A stretch of 64,000 bases of DNA, from contig OX597825.1 of the NCBI GenBank assembly GCA_951406725.2, forward strand, positions 56,668,001 through 56,732,000, read 5' to 3'. The notes beneath the pieces were generated by a model, which did not search any database, was not told where the DNA came from, and saw only the letters and a list, made by a program, of their open reading frames with translations. The stretch comes from Octopus vulgaris (Eukaryota). Positions 29,868 to 44,601 of this stretch are shown one piece after another. Made by a program: the position numbers and the translations under genes. How positions within the stretch are numbered: position 1 is the first letter of the stretch; each line of letters starts with the position of its first letter.

Positions 29868-29870
<3 letters not shown>
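28700..29870. mobile_element. PLE-like fragment with an inverted terminal segment
   Basis: 28895-28966 is inverted at 29797-29870. Degenerate CUGAUGA...GAAACAGCUG on minus (~28975-29096). (TA)n on both sides. Confidence 0.5.
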
Positions 29871-29934
<64 letters not shown>

Positions 29935-30132
29935 GTAACAAAGCAATATTAAATCTCTGAGTGAGGTATAAACAGTAGCTGCACGACATCGTGAAGTAAA
30001 TTTTTAGATTAAATGTGGTTAACCCTTGAGGGTCGATGCTACTGTAGCTGGTAGCCCCAGGAAGACATCTCCTCCAGCTGGCTATTGACGCATTTTCTAT
30101 GACCTATCAGTATTTGCAAAGGGAAGTCATCC
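29935..30132 (-). mobile_element. Diverged truncated copy of the 352-bp unit family
   Basis: Colinear with the unit (gatgctactgtag...tagccccagga...ctcctccagctggc...tcagtatttgcaaagggaagtcatcc). Abuts (TA)n and is cut by a SINE. Confidence 0.85.
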
Positions 30133-30743
30133 TTTTATGGGACATAAACACACCAGCATCAGTTGTCAAGCGATAGCGCGGGGTGACAAAAAACCGGCAC
30201 ACACACATACGACAATTTCCTTTCAGTTTCCGTCTACCAAATCCACTCACAAGTCTTTGGTCGGCCCAAGGCTATAGTGGTAGTCACTTGCCCAAGGTTC
30301 CACGCAGTGGGACGGAACCCAGAACCATGTTATTGGGAAGCAAGCTTCTTACCACATTGTATATATATATGTGTATTTGTATGTGTGTGTGTGTCTGTGA
30401 ATGTGTAAAAGTATATACATATATCTACGTATATATGTACATACACCTATGGCTCATATATATATATATATATGAGTATATATATATCTATGTGTGCATA
30501 CACTCACACTTACAGCTACCTCCCTCCCCCACACACATATATATATATATATATATATACATATTTGTGTGGGGGTGGGGAGCGTGTGTGCCCCGAAGCT
30601 TCTTACTTCACTGGTATCGTTACTGTTGTTATATATTAGGTGAAGATATACCTTCGTCGTATTTGAAAACGAAAGTCGAACAATACTTATCCTTCTTTTT
30701 TATCGAATCTTCCACCACCTTTCTCTCTGTTTAACTCTCTATC

Positions 30744-30780
<37 letters not shown>

Positions 30781-31786
30781 CCCTTTCTCTCTCTCTCACA
30801 CGTACACGCTTTCTTTTCTTCTGGCATGCCTACAAGCAAATAAGCACGGTACATGAAGAGAAGCCAGATGCATGGATAAGTAAATAGATACATTCATAAG
30901 GGTTATAGATGCATAAGTAATTAACATTAGGATAATTAGAGATAAACTTCGGGATAATTTCATACAGAACTTCGATATTAATTGCAGATTAATTAGAAGG
31001 TAGATTATTAGTATAGGTGAGAATGCTAAATGACTACGTTGCTATAGTCTTGGAACATATTTGGGAATATGATTATCTATTCATTTCCATCTCGTAATAA
31101 ATCATATCATGGCTATGTAATGGAATGTGTGTATCTGCAAGTTTTGAGTATTCTGTAGTTGCAAGGAATTAAAGGTAAAAGTAAAGTTTCTTTCTCGAGT
31201 CATACCGACTCATAAGGGTCCGTTTCCCGGTTTCCGTACTGTATAAATTACCCACCCGGACGCGACGCCGGTCCGTCGCAAGATCACTCATTTTTGCTAG
31301 CTGAGTGGATTGGAGCGACGTGAAATTAAGCGTTTTGCTCAAGAATACAATGCGGCGCCCGGTCCAGGAATCGAAACTACAATCTTTCGATCATGAGTCC
31401 AACGCCATAACCACTAAGCCACTCGTTTCCACTTGCAAGAAATTGTTGTTTGTTCCTTCTCGGAGCCACGCCTGGCTTATAGAGCCGGTTTCCTGGTTTC
31501 CTTGTTACCACTTTCACCCTCCTCAAAATATACCAAATTTTATTTAATTTGCTTTGCGGGAAGGACTGTTTCAACGAAGTCGTGTATTGTCCTTGCCTTC
31601 GGGAACGTGGAGTATTTGAAACAGGGACAACTGATGAAGGGAAATATTTTTTATGTTGCATGTCTCGTTCCCTGTCTTTTCATTGTTCGAATAAAAGTTC
31701 GTTTTCTATGTTTTTGATTTTATGTTTTCGTTTCTCATTGTGTTCAACGTTTTTTTTAATGTCCTGTACCCATATATGCATATATT

Positions 31787-31817
<31 letters not shown>

Positions 31818-31969
31818 GTGACGTATATTTGCCATCTCAATATGGCTACCCCTAAGGGTGGATGCTACTGTAGTTTTTAGCCCCAGGAGGACACACTCCT
31901 CCAGCTGGCCATAGACACACTTTCTGTGTCCTGTCAGTATTTGCAAAGGGAAGTCATCCTTCCCGTCTT

Positions 31970-32039
31970 CAACTTATGATACACACGGACTCGAGTTTCG
32001 AGGTATTGACCTCTCGTCAGCGTGTGACAATCATAGTTG
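31970..32039 (-). ncRNA. Type I hammerhead ribozyme, copy 1 of 5 on minus (others 32322-32391, 32674-32743, 33026-33095, 33378-33447)
   Basis: Minus strand reads CACACG-CUGACGA-GAGG(ucaaua)CCUC-GAAAC(ucga)GUC-CGUGUG: full CUGANGA/GAAA/NUH core with stems I-III. Stem I extends via UAUGAU/AUCAUA and CAAC/GUUG. Confidence 0.92.
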
Positions 32040-33572
32040 TCGGCGAGAATTAGATTTCCTTCACAAATACTTATACTTTTTCCAGCGTCCACTGTCGCTG
32101 ATATTGAAAAAGTGAAATCAAACAATGATAAATATCAAAGTGAGTTATATACAGTAGCGGTAACACATCGTGACGTATATTTGCCATCTCAATATGGCTA
32201 CCCCTAAGGGTGGATGCTACTGTAGTTTTTAGCCCCAGGAGGACACACTCCTCCAGCTGGCCATAGACACACTTTCTGTGTCCTGTCAGTATTTGCAAAG
32301 GGAAGTCATCCTTCCCGTCTTCAACTTATGATACACACGGACTCGAGTTTCGAGGTATTGACCTCTCGTCAGCGTGTGACAATCATAGTTGTCGGCGAGA
32401 ATTAGATTTCCTTCACAAATACTTATACTTTTTCCAGCGTCCACTGTCGCTGATATTGAAAAAGTGAAATCAAACAATGATAAATATCAAAGTGAGTTAT
32501 ATACAGTAGCGGTAACACATCGTGACGTATATTTGCCATCTCAATATGGCTACCCCTAAGGGTGGATGCTACTGTAGTTTTTAGCCCCAGGAGGACACAC
32601 TCCTCCAGCTGGCCATAGACACACTTTCTGTGTCCTGTCAGTATTTGCAAAGGGAAGTCATCCTTCCCGTCTTCAACTTATGATACACACGGACTCGAGT
32701 TTCGAGGTATTGACCTCTCGTCAGCGTGTGACAATCATAGTTGTCGGCGAGAATTAGATTTCCTTCACAAATACTTATACTTTTTCCAGCGTCCACTGTC
32801 GCTGATATTGAAAAAGTGAAATCAAACAATGATAAATATCAAAGTGAGTTATATACAGTAGCGGTAACACATCGTGACGTATATTTGCCATCTCAATATG
32901 GCTACCCCTAAGGGTGGATGCTACTGTAGTTTTTAGCCCCAGGAGGACACACTCCTCCAGCTGGCCATAGACACACTTTCTGTGTCCTGTCAGTATTTGC
33001 AAAGGGAAGTCATCCTTCCCGTCTTCAACTTATGATACACACGGACTCGAGTTTCGAGGTATTGACCTCTCGTCAGCGTGTGACAATCATAGTTGTCGGC
33101 GAGAATTAGATTTCCTTCACAAATACTTATACTTTTTCCAGCGTCCACTGTCGCTGATATTGAAAAAGTGAAATCAAACAATGATAAATATCAAAGTGAG
33201 TTATATACAGTAGCGGTAACACATCGTGACGTATATTTGCCATCTCAATATGGCTACCCCTAAGGGTGGATGCTACTGTAGTTTTTAGCCCCAGGAGGAC
33301 ACACTCCTCCAGCTGGCCATAGACACACTTTCTGTGTCCTGTCAGTATTTGCAAAGGGAAGTCATCCTTCCCGTCTTCAACTTATGATACACACGGACTC
33401 GAGTTTCGAGGTATTGACCTCTCGTCAGCGTGTGACAATCATAGTTGTCGGCGAGAATTAGATTTCCTTCACAAATACTTATACTTTTTCCAGCGTCCAC
33501 TGTCGCTGATATTTTCCAGCGTCCACTGTCGCTGATATAAAGTATTTGTGAAGGAAATCTAATTCTCGCCGA

Positions 33573-33642
33573 CAACTATGATTGTCACACGCTGACGAGA
33601 GGTCAATACCTCGAAACTCGAGTCCGTGTGTATCATAAGTTG
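33573..33642 (+). ncRNA. Type I hammerhead ribozyme, copy 1 of 3 on plus (others 33925-33994, 34276-34345)
   Basis: caactatgattgtcacacg CTGACGA gagg tcaata cctc GAAAC tcga GTC cgtgtgtatcataagttg. Predicted cleavage after 33624, 33976 and 34327. Confidence 0.92.
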
Positions 33643-34535
33643 AAGACGGGAAGGATGACTTCCCTTTGCAAATACTGACAGGACACAGAAAGTGTGTCTA
33701 TGGCCAGCTGGAGGAGTGTGTCCTCCTGGGGCTAAAAACTACAGTAGCATCCACCCTTAGGGGTAGCCATATTGAGATGGCAAATATACGTCACGATGTG
33801 TTACCGCTACTGTATATAACTCACTTTGATATTTATCATTGTTTGATTTCACTTTTTCAATATCAGCGACAGTGGACGCTGGAAAAAGTATAAGTATTTG
33901 TGAAGGAAATCTAATTCTCGCCGACAACTATGATTGTCACACGCTGACGAGAGGTCAATACCTCGAAACTCGAGTCCGTGTGTATCATAAGTTGAAGACG
34001 GGAAGGATGACTTCCCTTTGCAAATACTGACAGGACACAGAAAGTGTGTCTATGGCCAGCTGGAGGAGTGTGTCCTCCTGGGGCTAAAAACTACAGTAGC
34101 ATCCACCCTTAGGGGTAGCCATATTGAGATGGCAAATATACGTCACGATGTGTTACCGCTACTGTATATAACTCACTTTGATATTTATCATTGTTTGATT
34201 TCACTTTTTCAATATCAGCGACAGTGGACGCTGGAAAAAGTATAAGTATTTGTGAAGGAAATCTAATTTCGCCGACAACTATGATTGTCACACGCTGACG
34301 AGAGGTCAATACCTCGAAACTCGAGTCCGTGTGTATCATAAGTTGAAGACGGGAAGGATGACTTCCCTTTGCAAATACTGACAGGACACAGAAAGTGTGT
34401 CTATGGCCAGCTGGAGGAGTGTGCCTCCTGGGGCTAAAAACTACAGTAGCATCCACCCTTAGGGTAGCCATATTGGATGGCAAATATACGTCACGATGTG
34501 TTACCGCTACTATATAACTTACTTTGATATTTATC

Positions 34536-34580
<45 letters not shown>

Positions 34581-34644
34581 CACACAATCATACTTACACA
34601 GACGTGCGTGTGCTTGTCTGTATACAGATAAATTAGTTACCCGT

Positions 34645-34695
<51 letters not shown>

Positions 34696-35631
34696 AGAGT
34701 TCATAAGGGGCCTACTTTTCCATACTAGATTTACTCACGTCGCCCTCTTTTGCCGCATAACAATACACACGCATTTTTACATATTCACATTTTTCTGTAT
34801 GTATATATATATTGCTATTTTAGTCTATTTAATTCTTTTTCTATGCTACTCTCTTTATGTTATCTGGCGTTATTTATAATATTTTAGGAGTTATTTTAGC
34901 CCCTTTTTAAAGCTTTACTTTAGTTCGATAATCTATAGATATGCCTGTGTATCTTTTGAAACTGAATATATCAACGTATTTTCCGCGTATATACTCTGTG
35001 ATTATTTATTTAGTTTTATACAGTTTTATTTATCTTCATATTTTTATACAAGATGAAATATGTTTCTTCTCCGGTACAATGATGCTTCTTCACTCACCTA
35101 TGCTAATGAAAATATATAAATATACACATGTATGCAACATATTGCAATACGCAGAGGCTTACATACATTCAGGCAAACATACATACATATATACAAACGT
35201 ACGTACATACATCTTTGTGTGTGCGCGTATGTAGGTGTTTTTCTTCCCACTTACAATACGTACACACACGTATATGATTGTGTCTCTATTTGTATGGATA
35301 TGAAATAACTAAATATCTGGGTTTTCGTGTTTGAATAAAAACCTAGATATTTTGTCGTTTGTGGTGCTTCGTCTTTTGTCAGAATCTAACAATGAACGAA
35401 CACCAGCATTGAGATGTGTTCGGGAAAATGCTGTGCGTTGACTTTCGAACCAGGCGGTTGTTTGTATGGTTGGTTGGATGGATGGATGATAGATGTGTGT
35501 GCGTGTGCGTTTCCTTTGTGTGTATATATATATATATAAAAGTATACATGTATTTAGTATGTAAATATGTATATACGTGTGCGTGTATGAATGTATATAA
35601 ATGTGTGTGCCTCTATGTATATGGGTACATA

Positions 35632-35735
<104 letters not shown>

Positions 35736-37189
35736 CGTGTGCATGTATATTATTTGTATAATTATATGACTCTTGATTGGACAACACTGGTGCCAGACTT
35801 TGTTAACCTTTCCTTGCCTTTGAAACAGCATCATTGAGGCGCTGACTGAAGACTTGTTTTATGGGCAACTGGTTTTTCCATTAAACATACTTTGTCCATG
35901 CCTACGCCGAGAAGAGAGAGAGGCTTTCTTGCTCCTAGTTAAATACATAATCAATAATGAACAACGGAATTGTTAGAGGATTTTCAGTGTCTTAGCTTTT
36001 GTGTAACTGGAATTAAACTATCCGATATTTTTAATACATATTTGGTTGCCTCTCAGTAGGAATTTCACAGCATATTTCTATCTGAATTGCTAAAAGTTGA
36101 AACACTGGTGTATTCAAAAATATATTGGTATTCATATATTTTATCATGGCTTCCCAATAATCTTTCTGCATTTTATCGACGAGAGAATGCGTAAGGCCCC
36201 GAAACCGTGCGAATTCTTTCTTGATGACCCCAGAAACCTTCTGGCATCCGGTATGCGGAGCTTTTGACTGACTGCACTTGCACAAGAAAGTTGTATCCAA
36301 GTTCCTATTTGGACTGCTAAAAATTGAAACTCTAGTGTATTTAAATATATATTTACATTCATATATTTTGATATCAAAGCTTCCCAATAATCTCCCTGCG
36401 TATTATCCACAAAAGAAACTGTTTTTAAAAGCAATTTTCGCTGCTTTGTACTACTCTATTTTCCAGTGTACAAATCCTCATTTTTGACACCAAAACTTCG
36501 GGTCAAAAAAAGTAGAATCGACTCACATACCAAAAACTTCATGCGAAATACAGCAGGATTTGGAAGGATCGTGCCATACTTAAATTTTTAATCTTTTAGC
36601 TTTTATCTTTTATTCGTTTCAGTCATTAGACTTCGGCCATGCTGGGGCACCAACTTGAAGAATTTTTAGTCGAATAAATAGACTCCAGGACGTTTTCGTT
36701 TCTTAAGCCTGATACTTATTCTATCGTTCTCTTTTGCCAAGCCGCAAAGTTACAGGCACGTAAATACACCAACACCGGTCGGTTGTCAAGCGGTGGTGGG
36801 GGACAAACACAGACACAATCACTCACACACACACGTGTATATAGATATATACACACACACACACGTATATATAAATATATATACACACACACAGACGCGT
36901 ATATATAAATAATCACACACTATACGCCACGTCAACTTGCATGGCAGAAAAAAAACGTTATTCTCCGTTACATACTTTCGAAAAGGGCACTTTTTTGTCT
37001 AAAATAGACCGCCTTCATTCATGGAACTTAATGCGACGGGTGTTAAAACACTTGAAAGTCATAGACAGGCAAGACAGCAAGCCTCAAATCCCATCCAGGA
37101 AGTTTCGCTATTTGTAATGGTGCAGTAACGTCTCGCTCCCGGGCTGGTATAACTGCAGATGCCAAAGAGTTTCACATTAGCCCCTTTAG

Positions 37190-38130
37190 GATTTCAATAT
37201 GTATCTCCCCGTAGATCTTTCCCTTTCTGATGTAGCACCGTTGAACTGTCTTGAGTACCGCTATTAAAGTGACACTGTGGGGTGACCATGGTTGAGAGTA
37301 ATAGTCCAGAAGTTTTTTGGTCCCTTAGTCTGAAAGTCCTCAGAATCCATCCGCCCATTCTTCCGCACATTATTAAAATCTTATAGATATGTACATGAAA
37401 CGGTGCATCGTTGCTCATATCAGTTCCGAAGTTCCGCATTCTGGTTAACTCTGGAATTACCGCTCCTTTTGGTCCAAGGTATTTTTGTTGGACTTGTTAG
37501 TAGAAGCTGGCTGATAGCGGGCCTTGAAATTTTCCTGCATTCATTTGCATCTGAAATCGAGGTCATTCTACTGATTATTAGCATCAAGTGGATTCTTGAC
37601 TACTTTTGATATTTTTGTGCCTTTGACATAGCTAGTAAAATTGGCCGCTTTGTAACTAACGGCATGCTTGAGGGGACCCCCTCAAACAGCAGTGGCCCTA
37701 AGAAGTTCTCTGAGGCACTCTACTCACTATTTATGTCTCTTTGGAGAGACTTTCATTGGCTACTTCAGTCTGGCTTTTGTCTTTTAAGAAGTCGTGTAAC
37801 CACTCTCCCAGATTTCCAACATTGCTGAATTTTCGCAGCCTGTGATATATCATCCATAGATCACCTAATCAAAGGCGTTTACAAAATCAAGATGTATCAC
37901 ATCCGTGTTTGAGCGATTCATAAGTTGTTTCAACACGCAGTCATAATGCTGCAGAAGCTGTGTAAGACAGCTCCTTCCTGAGCGGAAACCATGTTGAATG
38001 TTATGAAACAGGTCATTACCTTCCAAGAACTTGATCAGCTTCCTTCTGACAATTCGTTCCATGTTTTACTGACATGTAAGGTTAACGAGACAGGCCAATA
38101 AATTTTAACATTTGCTCTGCTTCCTCCTTT
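37190..38130 (-). mobile_element. CR1/L2-group LINE reverse-transcriptase remnant
   Basis: MERIVRRKLIKFLEGNDLFHNIQHGFRSGRSCLTQLL...DVIHLDFVNAFD. Confidence 0.85.
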
Positions 38131-38275
38131 GTGGATAGGATATGTAAAATGCTTTCATTTGACTTTATGTGTGTGTCTGTATGTATATGTATGTATGTAT
38201 GTATGTATGTATGCATTATATACATACACACATACATATATACATATACATACACACACACATACACAGACACGC

Positions 38276-38335
<60 letters not shown>

Positions 38336-38633
38336 TAAGACATGAGGAACTTTCGTCAGGATGAATCAAACTAATCGGCATGCACTCTGAGTGCTCAATT
38401 TTGTTTTGCCACTAAAACTCCGGTTTGAACTGCAGTTGAACATGTGATGATGCGACTGCCTTTCTGAAGCGGTTGGGGGTGGCTTCTCTTTGAGCAGATA
38501 GGTATAGATTAAAACAGAACTGGAACGGTAAATCGTTTTGCAAAACTTTCAAGTACAATTAGTATACCTTTTTATTATATATCTAAATTATTTGTCTTTG
38601 TAAGTTTGGCCAAACGGTTTGCCTTTTCCTTTC

Positions 38634-38756
<123 letters not shown>

Positions 38757-38889
38757 TATATTTATATATATATATACACATATACATATATATATTTATA
38801 TATATACATATATATACATATATATAAACACGCATACACACGCATATGGTTTTCGGGCTAAATTTGACAGTTGGCATTAAAAGAAAAGC

Positions 38890-40090
38890 AAACACTATAT
38901 CCGGTCCAAAAATAAAAGTATTTTAAAAATCTCAAAAATATATAAAATATCAACTTCATTATGGCTGGGAAATACCAGTTTTCTTAAAATAGCCGCCCTC
39001 AGTTTCCACCTCGGTCTCAAGACGGCCCCGGAACTTGACGCATGCGTTCCTTACTGTGTCCCTAGAAAGATCTTCGAACACTTCTTTGATCTTGGCCACC
39101 AGTTCGGCCTTGGTGTTACAGAGCGGTTGGAGTCTTTCTCAACCGCGTCCCACGCAGCAATCCATAGGATTACAATCGGTGGAATTATAAAGCAAGAAAT
39201 TGGGGCTGAAAAAGTATCAGAAATTCTCCGACAGTCACTACTGACTCCTTTTGGATGTATGGCAAGGAGCCGAATCCTGCTACATACATATGGATTTCCA
39301 ACAGTAATCCTCTCCAGGCAGAGTTTGACCATAGTCTCCAGCAGCTTCACATAGCCGTCTGAACTGAGCTAAAGGCTTTGTTCAAATATGTGGGGTGGCA
39401 TGACGTCTCAATTACTGGAGACACTCAAAGACCATCAACATTTTAGGTAGCTTTGTTTTCGTGGTACGTGGGATTTCTGCAATCTCGTGGATTGTTAGCA
39501 AGCCACATGTTGTTCATGACATTGAGTAACTGGTCCTGAGAAGTTTTTGACGTTGGGGGACTGGCCCATTAAAAGTTCTTTTCATCTGAGAAGAACCAGA
39601 TCATCACCGGCTCTCCACGATGCTTCAGCTTGTTCGTGAGCTTCTTTGACTTCGTCAAGCGGTTCCCCTTACTCTTGGCATAGGCTATCAGAAGTTGTCC
39701 CTTGCGCATCATATGCGAGTGGTAGAGAAGGTCCTCATCCATACGCTAGCTTCATAGTGGTGACTCCGGCAACCATCTCTCTCGTCAAAGCCCAGATTCC
39801 CTTGCTTGGATCTTCCACCACCCTGTCATGTAGTTATTGGAGTAATTTTTACGTGCGGGTGCAAACAGAATGCCTATTCTACTGGCCACGGCTGCTTAGT
39901 CTCCTTGTCACGTCTTACAGCTTAACAATGTTCACAGAATATTGAGCAGCAGTCATGTTTGCGCCGACATTTTGACACCCGGCACGAATCATTATCATAC
40001 AGGTAACAGTTTTCCAATATTCAGATGGCTTCCAGTCCTACTTGTCAGCTGACTTTTTCTCAGCTACGAGTTTAATTTTTATGCTCTCCA
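38890..40090 (-). mobile_element. maT (DD37D)-like transposon remnant
   Basis: WFFSDEKNF and QQDSAPCHTS motifs. Confidence 0.75.
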
Positions 40091-40415
40091 AATCCGTTAA
40101 TCGTTCATCAATACACCAAGTTGTTCCTGAAATAGAAAGGCATACATATACACACAAACAACATATATAGAAAGACAGAAGAAAATAGGGGAAGGATAGA
40201 GACAAGGATACAGACAGATAGATAGAGAATGAGAGAGAGACAGACAGACTGACAGACAGACAGACAGACTAAAAGAGGAGAGATAAAAGTTCCTCAGATT
40301 TAACACGAACATCCTGCTTATGTATATGTGTGTGTGTCTGTGTAAAAGGGACCTATATATATATTGTATATTACGTATGTGTATATATATGTATGTATAT
40401 ATATATATATGTATA

Positions 40416-40493
<78 letters not shown>

Positions 40494-41424
40494 AGTGTAT
40501 CTTTTGAAGATTATATCAACTGATTTTGCACATGTATGCTATCTGGATACTTACATAGTGTTTTACATACTTATTTTCAATATAACTTAGAACGTTTCTA
40601 CCTTTGTACAATTATTAATCGCTTGGCTTCTTTATGTTTATAAATAAACTTATACAAACCTATGTATATGTGTTTGTGTGCGTGTATATGTATATGTGTT
40701 ATTTGTGTATGTATGTGTGTATGTGTGTGTATGTAGTGTTGCTATTGCTATACGTTCAGGAATATATATATACATTGGAATCTGTTTGTTTACGTATTTG
40801 TATGAACAGGTAAGCATGGTTAGTTTTGCAGATATTTGGTCGTTTGAGGTGCTTCGTCATTTGCAAGAATGGGGACAGCGATGTCACATTAATACGCATA
40901 TTTCTCGTATAAATCCAGTACCTTGTGTGTACATATATGCTTAGCGACAACGTTCTCGGGGAAACTCTGGTCTTTTCCGGAGGACTATCGGGTCGAGGCT
41001 TAACGATAATTACCAGGAATTGCCGGCCTGGCAGTGTTACCGGGGAGCTCTACAGCTTTGAGACAAGCTCTACATGAGACAAGCTCTACATGCATGGAAA
41101 TTCAATCGGTTGAACCTATCCGAAATGTGCCAGTGCGATGACACTTGTATGCATGAACTCGTCCAGAGTCCGGGTATCACTTACTTGTGGAGCTTACCGA
41201 ACAGCTGTTGACGCGTGTAAGACGGATCCAGTTATCAGCAGCATATTGTGAGAATCGCCCCTCCGTCTTCTTTTTGCCGAGAAAAGAAAGCAGTTTTCAT
41301 CCTTCTCGTGGTTATAGCGAAAGAGGTAATGTGGTGGATGAGGTTGAAAGGACTGCAGATAGATGCTTTCCTCTTCGGCTATGCCCTGGTCGATTTTTTC
41401 AAGTTCCACTTGAAAAGAAAAGTT

Positions 41425-42200
41425 AGGGTAAAGTCGAAGTAAATGGTCAACAGTGTCTTCACACTGCTTCGATTCATTTACGCTTTCTTTGGTCTCGGAG
41501 AGGTCGGGAGTCTTCCACTGCGAAGACTAAGTCTTTGTTTCTGGATCATAGCCATAGACCTACGATTAATCACCCATTATGACCGCTTTCAAAAAGTTTT
41601 CATCGTTCTCGACACAATCAAGGAGATCTTGTGCAAGTGAAGCCCAAGAGTCTTTTTGGTCAGCTGAAAGCAGTTTTAGCACAAACTTGGCAGACATGTG
41701 TCTCATACCCAAATCTTCAGTGATAATGAACTGAACTGAATTGTAACTAATCTGCACATCTGATAACTCACGATTTCCTGGTAATTCGACGATTTCCTCT
41801 CATAGTTGCACACACATCTGGGGTGCTTTTCTCAGTTCTGCTCGTTGCGGGTCTCCTAGAACGTTTGTCACTATCGATGGTTTTCTTTTACTATCTTGGA
41901 AACGTCTGAAGCACTCGTACGCTTGTGTGCGGCTCATACACTCCTCTCCATACACTTTCTGCAACTTTGCGTAGGAGTCAGAGCAGGTATCGCCAAGCTT
42001 TTGGCAAAATTTGATGCAGATTCCCTGCTCAACTTTCACTGCTATGGTCAATGCGACGACCACACGCTACACACCTTCCTTCCGGGCATATGTACATACA
42101 TATACATACGTCGTCATACAAATATGCAGCTGAAGGGCGACTTGAACTCGGTGATGTGTTTGATTTGTGGTTCGTTGTCACTGGGAAATTTTGTTCAAAC
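41425..42200 (-). mobile_element. Mariner transposase fossil
   Basis: EQGICIKFCQKLG...LQKVYGEECMSRTQAYE; EDLGMRHMSAKFVLKLL...FLKAVIMGD; VYGYDPETK. Confidence 0.88.
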
Positions 42201-42397
42201 ACACACATACAAAGGAATACACACACATACACGCATACGTGTTTATATATGTGTGCATATATGTATGTATACATGCATAAATATACGTGTATATATGTAT
42301 ATTTATTTTTACAGATTATATCCTTTTATACATATGAATATAGAAACACACACAAGCATATTATCTATACGTTAGTGTGAGTCTATGTATATAGACG

Positions 42398-42447
<50 letters not shown>

Positions 42448-43057
42448 TGTGTGTGTGTTCTGCCAACGACCTCATTGCTTTTTTAACGTTTATCTGTTTT
42501 CGGGCTTCTTCGAGATGGTGGTGACGATGGAGATGATGATGATGGTGGTGGTTGAGATGGTGATGGTTGTGGAGATGGTAATGGCGATAATGGAGATGGT
42601 GGTGATTGTGGTGGTGGTGGTGGTGGTGGTGGTGGTGGTGGTGGAGATGGAGATGGTAGTTACCAACAATTCTTGTAAGTAGTCAAAGATTTTCCTGTTT
42701 ACCTTTCTTCTTATTTTTTTGTATATTTTGTTTCCTTGCTTTTTATTTATTTATTTATTTTTTCATTTTCTAACCACTTCCAGTTTCTTTTTTTGTTTGC
42801 AAAAACATTTTCGCAAATTTCTTCTTCAGCCTGATTATCCTTTTGCATAGTCATCATCATTTTCATCACCATAATCATCTGCACTACTACTACTACTACC
42901 ATACTACTACTACCATACTACTACTACCACCAACACCACTATCATCATCATTATCATCATTGCCATTGTCATTGTCATCACATTCATGATCATTATCATC
43001 TTATTATCATTAATATCATCTTCCTTGTCGTCGACGTCATCGTTGTCGTCGTCGTCG

Positions 43058-43090
<33 letters not shown>

Positions 43091-43203
43091 ACATCATCAT
43101 CATCATCATCATCGTCACCACAACCTCCACAGCATCAGAGGAACCATATCTTATACTTTTATGTTTATTAGACTTTAGATTTTGTCTTAAATATAGCTAC
43201 AGC

Positions 43204-43264
<61 letters not shown>

Positions 43265-43723
43265 ATTGTTAAGTTGTTATTGTTGTTTACACTTGTCGAA
43301 ACTCCAAACATACACTATTTACTGTCTTTGATATTCATTCTCCTTTCGTTCGTTCCTAACCATTTCTCTGGTTCTAAGACATTCCACCTTAAACTGCCGT
43401 GCCAATTACCTTGTAATGGACCTTTTAAAGTGAGAGCTAATTGTTATGATGTTATCAGGTAATACGTACGTGTGTGTGTGTGTAAGTATGTGTGCGTGTG
43501 TGTGTGTGTGTATGTTCGTGTGTGTGTGTGTGGATGTGTGGATGTGTGTACGTGCGGGTGCGCCAGCGCGTGTGTATGCATGTGTGTAAATATATACGTA
43601 GATTCTAATATTTTTCTGCAGTTTGTACATTCATATATGTGTGTGTGTGCGTGTGTGTGTATATATATATATATATGTATTCAATTTATAAATATACATA
43701 CATAGGTATGTATAAGTATCAAG

Positions 43724-43795
<72 letters not shown>

Positions 43796-43969
43796 ATATA
43801 TAATATATACAGAGAGAGGTGGGGAAAGTGTGATGGATGGTAGAAATAGGTATATATATATACATGTATTTCTATATATATGTAATATACATGTACACAT
43901 AGTTCGATACATATACAGTCAGACTGACAGAAGGCAGACAGTCGCGCAGACATTAATACAAACAAACAC

Positions 43970-44270
<301 letters not shown>

Positions 44271-44565
44271 TCTTTTTTGGAACAGTGGATCTCGTAGCAG
44301 ATTAATCTATAAATTAGAGTGTATAACTATTGAATTAAAAACTCAAGATAGAAGAAATCGAAGGCTGCATTCGGTTTTTACTATCCAAATGTTCTCTTAA
44401 ACCAATATTCACATGCTATTATTTATAATAGCTTTACCTACTTCGAGATCTACAATTCCAAAAGGAAACAGAATTATTTCACGTTCTCATGAAGTTAATA
44501 AATTTTTATATATGCATCTATATATGTTTGTGTGTGTTTGTGTGTATATGTATGTACGTGCATGC

Positions 44566-44601
<36 letters not shown>

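Larger units (their letters stand above)
31818..34538. repeat. Palindromic tandem array of a 352-bp hammerhead-containing unit (retrozyme/PLE-pLTR-like): ~4.8 units (31818-33511) inverted against ~2.85 units (33536-34538)
   Basis: Identical text recurs every 352 bp (ORFs repeat at 31934/32286/32638/32990). The right arm is the reverse complement of the left. (TA)n flanks both ends. Confidence 0.97.

Noticed and set aside
31934-34245. Repeated 63-aa and 75-aa ORFs in the 352-bp unit
   Set aside because: TTG starts, no recognisable domain; they recur only because the unit is repeated.
31818-34538. CRISPR, 5S rDNA or snRNA tandem interpretation
   Set aside because: No spacers and no 5S/U-snRNA/tRNA motifs recognised. 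The hammerhead explains the structure.
34260-34538. Cluster of 1-2 bp deletions in the last unit
   Set aside because: May be consensus error at the array edge; not interpreted without reads.
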